DNA from: a virus | Lineage: Duplodnaviria > Caudoviricetes | Direction: 5' to 3' (one strand) | Virus record (IMG/VR): IMGVR_UViG_3300033067_001743 | Coordinates: 1 to 64,000 of that record | Length of the DNA: 64,000 bases | Shown here: positions 57,539-64,000 of the stretch, piece by piece | Layout: every line of letters starts with the position of its first letter | How positions within the stretch are numbered: position 1 is the stretch's first letter | Notes under the pieces: generated by a model | Told to the model about the DNA's origin: nothing | Seen by the model: the letters and a program-made list of their open reading frames with translations, nothing else | Database searches by the model: none | Made by a program: the position numbers and the translations under genes

Positions 57539-59395
57539 TCATTTTATTTCGCATTGTCCACCTACACAAGCCAATTCACCTTGTAAATTAGTTTCATCAT
57601 CAATTTCAACAACCTTAGATAGGTCAATTGCTGTTAAGGTTCCTATTAGTTCTTCGTACTTTTCTTCTGTAATTGTTTCGAATGGTGCTTGTATGTATGA
57701 TCCATTATCATATGGTAATACTGATAATCCATTGTATGAATTTCTATTTTCCCACATCCATTCTCCAACACTTTCCCACTCTTCGGGCTTTATTGATACT
57801 GTTGCTGATACATTGTGAGTATTTTGTCCATCAATGTGTCCTTTATAAATCCATCTATTGAAAAACTGTTTTACCCTTTCTAATAACTCTATTGGAGATT
57901 CATGTCTCAAGATCGAACCTTTTGGTGCCTTTTGAGGGATTGATATTACAGCAGTGTCATGTGGTCTAAAATATTCATCTTCAATTAGTTCTGGATGAAA
58001 CATAAATAGATAACTATAAATGGCTTCATTCTTATTAACTCTAATTCTACGAATATAGTATTCATCATGCCAAGCATGTATTCCAGATGAAGAGCCAAGT
58101 ACTAAACTACTTGTTCCGGCTGGTTTAACTGTTGTTGTTCTTGCAGAACGGTTAATTCCAATTTCTTTAGAAGTATTTTCATTTACAAGTTTTACAATAT
58201 TTGCTGCTGCTTCAAGGTTTAATGATAGAACCTTTCCTGATCCAATTCCTGTCATAGATACTCCAATCAAAGCATCTTTCTCTGTTGTTCTCTTCCACAC
58301 TGGTCTCAAGTAGTGAAAATCTGTGTATGCTGCTTGTAAAGTTCCAATAAATGCTGCTGCTGCAACTCTCTCCTCTAAATCTTGTTGATCTTCCACATCA
58401 GATACATTTACTTCACATAAGTTACAGAATTGAAATGGTCTCAATGCAATTTCACAACATGGATTAGTTCCCCATGACTTATCATTGCTTAAATAAATTC
58501 CGGGTTCACCAGCATTAGAATTTTCAATCCTTTTCCATAAATCTAAGAAATAATCTTTTGTTACTTTATGTCTCAGTAGAACAGCAGAATTATTTGCTCT
58601 GCCAAATTGAGGGTTTAATTCCCACCAATTACCACTTTTACAAGATAACATTTCCTCATCATCAGCATTGAACAATGATATTAATGCTGCCCTCCTTATT
58701 CCACCAGTTAAGACTGCATCTGCAATGTGACAAATTATGGAATGAACTTCTATTGCTTTTAATTTATCTCCATCTTCTTTACTTGATAATATCCCTTCTA
58801 TTTTAACAAGACATTCTTTAAGAGGTTGTGGGCCGGGTGCTTTACCACCTGATGTAATCAACCTTGCTCCTTTTGCTCTAATATCTCCAAAATCAAAATT
58901 AACAGTTGATCCACCTTGAAAATAAGACTTCATCAATACTTTTATTGCATCTGCCCAACCTTCAATATTATCCGCTACCAACCATCTTCTACTTCTATCT
59001 TTCCTTGGTTTTCTTATTTCTGGCAACTTTTCAACATGATGGTTTTGAACTGAAAATCCAACCCCTGTTCCACCAAGTAATAAAAACATTACCTCAGAAA
59101 ATGCCCGCCAATCATCAATAGGCAAAAATGCACAATTATAAATTCTAGTTGGATTTATTTCAATAGGTTTTCCGGCAAATTGTAAAGACCTCATTGAAGG
59201 AAGTACCTTTTTATCCCTTACTAACTTATATGCTTTATCTATTGACTCTTTAAGTTGAGGAAATTTTTTCGTGTGCATCTCAATATTCCTATCTACTAAC
59301 TCATCCCACGTTTCTCTTCTTTGTTTTGATGGTATGTATTTAGCATACTTCATAAAAACTGTCAATTCACTTAAAATTTTTTGGCTAACATCCAT
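57539..59395 (-). CDS. nrdJ: class II (B12-dependent) ribonucleotide reductase
   Basis: PSMRSL, NCAF, GTNPCCEI, CNL, TTVKPAGT, C-terminal CVGGQC; single subunit, no nrdB/nrdG nearby. Confidence 0.92.
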   Translation of the reverse strand: MDVSQKILSELTVFMKYAKYIPSKQRRETWDELVDRNIEMHTKKFPQLKESIDKAYKLVRDKKVLPSMRSLQFAGKPIEINPTRIYNCAFLPIDDWRAFSEVMFLLLGGTGVGFSVQNHHVEKLPEIRKPRKDRSRRWLVADNIEGWADAIKVLMKSYFQGGSTVNFDFGDIRAKGARLITSGGKAPGPQPLKECLVKIEGILSSKEDGDKLKAIEVHSIICHIADAVLTGGIRRAALISLFNADDEEMLSCKSGNWWELNPQFGRANNSAVLLRHKVTKDYFLDLWKRIENSNAGEPGIYLSNDKSWGTNPCCEIALRPFQFCNLCEVNVSDVEDQQDLEERVAAAAFIGTLQAAYTDFHYLRPVWKRTTEKDALIGVSMTGIGSGKVLSLNLEAAANIVKLVNENTSKEIGINRSARTTTVKPAGTSSLVLGSSSGIHAWHDEYYIRRIRVNKNEAIYSYLFMFHPELIEDEYFRPHDTAVISIPQKAPKGSILRHESPIELLERVKQFFNRWIYKGHIDGQNTHNVSATVSIKPEEWESVGEWMWENRNSYNGLSVLPYDNGSYIQAPFETITEEKYEELIGTLTAIDLSKVVEIDDETNLQGELACVGGQCEIK

Positions 59396-59419
59396 GTAAT
59401 TATTTTCTCCTTTTATTGA

Positions 59420-60820
59420 TTAAAATAAGCCATCAGGCGGCTCAACTCTATCTTGTTTTGCAAATTGCAAATATTTATCTTGTGCTACTTGCTTTAAATA
59501 CTTTTCATCAGAAACCATGTCATTTGATGTTTTCTTTCCTTTTGTTGATTGTGGTGGATATAATTCAATTAATCCAATTTCTGTATCAACCTTACTTGGA
59601 AATGTTAATCCATCTGGACCTAACCTTGATTTAGGTACGTGTACTCTGGCTGTCTTATTCTGCTTGTCTTTCTCTTTTCTTGATACAGTCATTAGAAAAT
59701 CAACTGCAAATAACTTTGAATATGCGTTTGATATTCTATTTGTTCCAATTACATCTTCCTCGCTTCCATCCCTATTACTCTGGTCTGCTGACCAAAGTGC
59801 TACATTTTTTGTTCCAGCCATTCCTCTCAAATCCTTATATAACTCTCCCAGAACCTTTACTTCCCCAAGATTAGTATTAAAATCAATCTTTAAAAGTTCT
59901 ACATAATCAAGTACTATTAAATCTGGAACAACTCCATTCATAATGAACCTTTCTATATGTGCCTCAAGACCTTGCAGTGAAAGTGTTCCGGGAGGAAATT
60001 CTTTTATAAAGAGTTTTCCTTGGTATTTTGACAAATCTTTCTTAACTTTTTCAATGTTATACTTTAAGTTATTGAATGGAATCCCTGTTATAATTGCATC
60101 GTATCTTTGGGCTACATAAGTATCATCTAATTCCAAAGTATAGTGTAGAACAGTCTTTCCCATTTTTAGTGCATGTGCGCCTATTGCTGCCAAAAACCAC
60201 GATTTACCGATTCCAGTTGGTGCCATTACAATACCTAACTTTTTCTTAGGTAATCCACCACTTGTCATATCATTTATTACTTGCCACGGAGTTTCAATTT
60301 TCTCATCATTTGCTTCTTCTGTGTACCTATAATCAATATCTTTTAAATAATCAAGTCCCATATCAACCTGCATATTAACTCGCTTATTCAACTCCTTTAA
60401 TGCAGACTCTATTTTTTCATAATTTTTAGATTCCCAGTGCTCTACTCCATCTACTAAAAATTTCTTATACTCTTGATTAACGCAAAATTGCTTAATGTCT
60501 TTTTTAATGTATTCAAGATCATTACTGCCAATTGCTGTCCAAACATCTCTTAATGCACTCACCACTTCTTTTTTAAAAATACCATCATTATCAAGTTTAG
60601 ATACTTCAATGTGAAATACTTCTAATGTTGGCATCAACCTAAACTCTTTAAAATACAACAAAGTTTTTTCGCATATCCACTTTAATGATTTACTGCTGAA
60701 ATAAGATGGTTCAAATGTATCCAGTATTTGACTGGTAAAATCTCTATCAGTTATAATAGAGGTCATTATTTTCACTTGAGTATGATAACCATATTCAAAT
60801 GTCTCTATGTTGTTGACCAT
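59420..60820 (-). CDS. DnaB/gp41-like replicative helicase
   Basis: APTGIGKS, YTLE, VLDY, ADQSNR, KSR.GPDG. Confidence 0.9.
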   Translation of the reverse strand: MVNNIETFEYGYHTQVKIMTSIITDRDFTSQILDTFEPSYFSSKSLKWICEKTLLYFKEFRLMPTLEVFHIEVSKLDNDGIFKKEVVSALRDVWTAIGSNDLEYIKKDIKQFCVNQEYKKFLVDGVEHWESKNYEKIESALKELNKRVNMQVDMGLDYLKDIDYRYTEEANDEKIETPWQVINDMTSGGLPKKKLGIVMAPTGIGKSWFLAAIGAHALKMGKTVLHYTLELDDTYVAQRYDAIITGIPFNNLKYNIEKVKKDLSKYQGKLFIKEFPPGTLSLQGLEAHIERFIMNGVVPDLIVLDYVELLKIDFNTNLGEVKVLGELYKDLRGMAGTKNVALWSADQSNRDGSEEDVIGTNRISNAYSKLFAVDFLMTVSRKEKDKQNKTARVHVPKSRLGPDGLTFPSKVDTEIGLIELYPPQSTKGKKTSNDMVSDEKYLKQVAQDKYLQFAKQDRVEPPDGLF

Positions 60821-61878
60821 ATGTTTAATATGTTAAACGTGTTGTTTATCCAGCCATCAAAATCTTTAAAAGAAGTGTGTAGATAATCTTCTACCAAATA
60901 TCTTTTTATTTGATGTCTATCTAATTTTTGAATTGGTTGTTCTAATATTTCCCTAATTCTCAATTTACTGCTCACAGATATGTCAGTATCCTGTAATTGC
61001 ATCAACTCCATGTTCCTAATTAAAATGGCTTTATTGTCCAAAACTACCTGATAAACTTTGGGAACACTTTTTTTCTTTTTACCTTCCTGTGTTGTCTGTT
61101 TGAGAGATTCGTTAAGTAAATACTCTAAGTCTAAAACTTTCTCTGACACTTCTGGAAAATATTTCTTTAAAGTTTTTAATCCTATACCGTCAACCCCTGA
61201 TATATTGTCACTTGTGTCACCATCTATCGTCCTATACAATAAATAATTTTTTGGATGAATTTCTAATTCCTCTTCCAGTGTTTGTAAATTGTATAATTTC
61301 TTTTTTACAGGAGAGTAAACCTCGACTTGATCTGAAACTAATTGTAGGAAATCTCTATCTGTTGACACTATCCTAATTTTAGTAGCCTTATCATTGAAAT
61401 ACTGCATTGTCATATTCGCTATGACATCATCTGCTTCAATGTGATCCATGCAAATAATTTGTACTGGCAACAATTCAAGATATTGTATAACTCTAACCAA
61501 TTGCCGTCTACGGGCTGCATCTTCTTCTTCTTTAGTAGAGAAAAATTCCCTTCTTAATTTGAATGTCCCAGTTCTATTTTCTTTGTATTCTGGCAGTAGT
61601 TTTTTTCTTCTCATACTGCCTCCCTTCCCATCAAATACTACAATACATCTTGTTGGATTAAAGTCTCTTATTTCCTTTCCTATTGATCGCAAGGTTCCAA
61701 GTATTCCACCAACATGCTCACCATTCTCTGATATAACAGGTACACTTGAAAATATTCTTATGTATGTGTTTAACCCATCAATTATTAACACTCTGTCATT
61801 TATTGATTCAGTTTTATCATCATGTAATTTATTAAATAATTCAAGTAGGTTCATTTGTTTAGTAGTATTTTTAAGCAT
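60805..61878 (-). CDS. 5'-3' exonuclease / flap endonuclease (RNase H-like)
   Basis: IIDGLN, VFDG, YKENR, EADD, STDRD, GDTSDNISGVDGIG. Confidence 0.92.
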   Translation of the reverse strand: MLKNTTKQMNLLELFNKLHDDKTESINDRVLIIDGLNTYIRIFSSVPVISENGEHVGGILGTLRSIGKEIRDFNPTRCIVVFDGKGGSMRRKKLLPEYKENRTGTFKLRREFFSTKEEEDAARRRQLVRVIQYLELLPVQIICMDHIEADDVIANMTMQYFNDKATKIRIVSTDRDFLQLVSDQVEVYSPVKKKLYNLQTLEEELEIHPKNYLLYRTIDGDTSDNISGVDGIGLKTLKKYFPEVSEKVLDLEYLLNESLKQTTQEGKKKKSVPKVYQVVLDNKAILIRNMELMQLQDTDISVSSKLRIREILEQPIQKLDRHQIKRYLVEDYLHTSFKDFDGWINNTFNILNIWSTT

Positions 61879-62357
61879 TCGTAGGCTTTAGTTGCACCTG
61901 TTAATGCATTATGTATTTCAGGCTCAGGTTCAATATTTAATTCTTTACATATGGCCTTCAATCCAAGAGTTTTGCCCAATTTACAATATGCCATAGTGTA
62001 TAAGTCAAGATTTCTCCTAAATGGAAATGAATTAAAATCCATTTTACTATCATGGTGAACCTTCCTTAAAAATACTTGGTCAAAGTATATGTTACAACTC
62101 AGTAATGTGTTTGATCTACCATTTGACCAATCTAAGAAGTTTTTATATAATTTTTTTGGTGTAATTAATTTACTATCTCTGATTTGAGATTCAAAAAACC
62201 CGTTAACTTTTAGGGCTTCCGGGTCAACCTTATCTTTTTTATAGATTCTACACTCTCCATAAAAGGTTTCCTCTGATTTAGTGTCTATTGCTCCAATAGA
62301 AATAATTTGATGGATTCGTGAATTTAATCCTGTTGTTTCTAAGTCTATTACAATCAT
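61851..62357 (-). CDS. DEDDh 3'-5' exonuclease
   Basis: IDLETTGL, NIYFD, HNAL (the final Asp appears replaced by Gly). Confidence 0.85.
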   Translation of the reverse strand: MIVIDLETTGLNSRIHQIISIGAIDTKSEETFYGECRIYKKDKVDPEALKVNGFFESQIRDSKLITPKKLYKNFLDWSNGRSNTLLSCNIYFDQVFLRKVHHDSKMDFNSFPFRRNLDLYTMAYCKLGKTLGLKAICKELNIEPEPEIHNALTGATKAYECLKILLNK

Positions 62358-62370
62358 ATAAATTGATGTT

Positions 62371-62414
62371 TAAAAAACGATACTGGTGCCAAGTCTTTAC
62401 TCAACACCAGTATC
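62371..62414 (-). terminator. intrinsic terminator after recA
   Basis: GATACTGGTG...CACCAGTATC stem followed by GTTTTTT on the minus strand. Confidence 0.75.
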
Positions 62415-62430
62415 TTGGCTTTTAGGATTA

Positions 62431-63588
62431 TTAATCTTCTGGCTGTATAACATCTTCTCTATCAATAGAATCCGTATCAAAATCGTCTCCTATATTATAT
62501 TTTCTGATGTATGCAGTACAGATTTGATCGTAAATTCTCTGTTTCATTCCGGGAACATCGTTAACGAGTTTTTTAAATTCTTTGGCCATGAATTTATGTA
62601 CAACAATCTCCCCAGTGTCTTCGTTGATGTTTTCATATGAATACCATGCACCTGCTTGCTTTAAAAAACCGAAATCTTTTAATGCTTCAAGCCATGATGA
62701 CATATCATCAATACCACTTTCATAAGCAATGTCAAATTTTGCACTTCTTCCGGGAGGTCCAAGACGGTTTTTTACCACTGTAACTTTAACAGTATTTCCA
62801 TATTCATCTTTTGTATTTGGATAGTATAGTTTCTGCTCAAGTTTAGTTTTTAATCTAACTGATGAGTGAAATCCTATTGCGAATCCACCAGATGTTGTCA
62901 TGTTTTCCCCAAATGTTACTCCCAGTTTACTTCTTACCTGATTGATAAATATAATGAGAATTTTCCTTCCCACCATCAAACTGGTAATTTTTCTCATAGC
63001 CAATGACAAAATAATTGATTTACCAGTAGCCCAACCCTCTTTAGCATAATCTGCCTCAAGTTCAGCCAATGTTGTGGCTCCCATAACAGAATCAACGACT
63101 ATGGTAACAGGTTTATCTTTCCCAGATGCAACCTGTCTTTCAATTATAAGTGCTATGGTAGTGAAAATTTCCTCCAACGCTCTAAGTTTATCAGAGTATA
63201 TTGCATTTTCTACATCTAATCCAAAGGATCGGTAGAAATCGAGCATACCTACAGCGTTTTCTGTATCAAATAATACAGCAAGTCCACCCTGCTTTTGGGT
63301 GTTGGCTAATACATGTGCTGCAATCAGTGATTTTGAAGAAGCAGATGGTCCAAAAATTTCACAAATAATTCCATAACCAAGTCCACCATTTGGTCTATTA
63401 GAGATCGCTAAATCTAAAATAGAAGAACCAGTGGATACCCAATCTGTCACTAAGTTTGCATTTGACATGTAAACAAGTGAGTTTGGAATATCTTTAAATT
63501 TTTTATTCACTACAGACATTACGTCTTCGGCGAGTGAATCCATCTGTTCATTCTTTGAGTCGGTTTCTTCGGGCTTCTTTTTTGCCAT
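62431..63588 (-). CDS. recA: RecA/UvsX recombinase
   Basis: STGS..LD, FDTE, VVDSV, INQVR, TSGG.AIGF.SSVR, KNR. Confidence 0.93.
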   Translation of the reverse strand: MAKKKPEETDSKNEQMDSLAEDVMSVVNKKFKDIPNSLVYMSNANLVTDWVSTGSSILDLAISNRPNGGLGYGIICEIFGPSASSKSLIAAHVLANTQKQGGLAVLFDTENAVGMLDFYRSFGLDVENAIYSDKLRALEEIFTTIALIIERQVASGKDKPVTIVVDSVMGATTLAELEADYAKEGWATGKSIILSLAMRKITSLMVGRKILIIFINQVRSKLGVTFGENMTTSGGFAIGFHSSVRLKTKLEQKLYYPNTKDEYGNTVKVTVVKNRLGPPGRSAKFDIAYESGIDDMSSWLEALKDFGFLKQAGAWYSYENINEDTGEIVVHKFMAKEFKKLVNDVPGMKQRIYDQICTAYIRKYNIGDDFDTDSIDREDVIQPED

Positions 63589-63591
63589 AAT

Positions 63592-64000
63592 TTAAAATGG
63601 TAAATCTGATTTTTCTGCTGGTTTAGCAAAAATGTCACTGAACTTTTGTGAAAATTCGTCTGCCACAGCGTTAACTGTTTCAATTGATGCTTCTGGCTTT
63701 TCTGCTGGTGTAGATACTGGTTCTGATTCTGTTCCGCCAATGTATGCTTTCAATGCTGCTTCCAATTCTTCTTCTGTTGGGCATTTATATACATCAGTGA
63801 TGTTTTTTATTGTTTTTATTTTATCAAACAAATCAGCATCTTCTGTTGTAATAGATGGATTGCCCCGTGGACGGATAAAAGTCTCCGGAAATGCACCTTC
63901 TTTTACTGGTGGAACAAATTCCACTGTCAAATCACGACCTCTTTCGAAATCAGTGATGTCTCCGTAATCTTCATCAGCAAACAGTTTTAGAATTTCATCA
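63592..64000 (-). CDS. gp32-like single-stranded DNA-binding protein, C-terminal part (runs off the window)
   Basis: Open frame continues to the edge (...DEDYGDITDFERGRDLTV); acidic tail ending DLPF; adjacent to recA. Confidence 0.75.
   Translation of the reverse strand, partial: DEILKLFADEDYGDITDFERGRDLTVEFVPPVKEGAFPETFIRPRGNPSITTEDADLFDKIKTIKNITDVYKCPTEEELEAALKAYIGGTESEPVSTPAEKPEASIETVNAVADEFSQKFSDIFAKPAEKSDLPF

Noticed and set aside
62388-62419. GCCAAG/CTTGGC alternative pairing as an antiterminator of the recA terminator
   Set aside because: Only 6 bp against a much longer terminator stem; not supportable without folding calculations or data.
48643-63588. Introns or inteins in polA, nrdJ, helicase or recA
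   Set aside because: The ORFs are contiguous, of expected size and lack intein splice motifs; the endonucleases lie outside them.
1838-63967. All plus-strand ORFs in the track, and minus-strand ORFs nested in other frames (e.g. 1149, 3288, 9874, 23499, 27826, 33115, 63519)
   Set aside because: They overlap well-supported minus-strand genes and have no recognisable motifs; treated as shadow ORFs.
1-64000. Alternative genetic code (TGA or TAG reassignment)
   Set aside because: Coding density is high in code 11, and TGA/TAG end many genes at natural boundaries (ATGA overlaps). Only one internal TGA was found.

Overview
A gene-dense, AT-rich 64-kb segment of a large lytic dsDNA tailed phage genome; every credible gene is on the minus strand. 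The host is most likely Bacteroidota: TAnnTTTG -7 promoter boxes, a DUF4494-like gene, a Bacteroidota-style ClpS and an AQ-cleaved signal peptide. In transcription order (right to left) there are three blocks. (1) Replication and nucleotide metabolism: gp32-like SSB (truncated), RecA/UvsX, DEDD exonuclease, 5'-3' exonuclease, DnaB-like helicase, class II RNR, thermonuclease, dUTPase, NADAR, vWA protein, metallophosphoesterase, family A DNA polymerase and free-standing homing endonucleases. (2) A ~39-kb glycan-synthesis region with about 11 glycosyltransferase-like genes, 2 NDP-sugar epimerases, 4 SAM methyltransferases, a deacetylase and an FAD oxidoreductase, interleaved with small ORFs, ThyX, ClpP, a papain-like protease and an AAA ATPase. 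(3) A lysis/late region with two membrane-anchored lysins, a membrane protein fused to a PAS domain, tRNA-Arg(CCT) and a secreted glycoside hydrolase. The most notable signals are the glycan pathway, apparent avoidance of AGCT and CCWGG sites (which argues the glycans are not a blanket DNA shield), the PAS-containing lysis-region protein, and a conserved GTTAA-N6-GTTAA element upstream of host-type promoters. All family calls come from reading motifs by eye; no database searches or computed counts were run.
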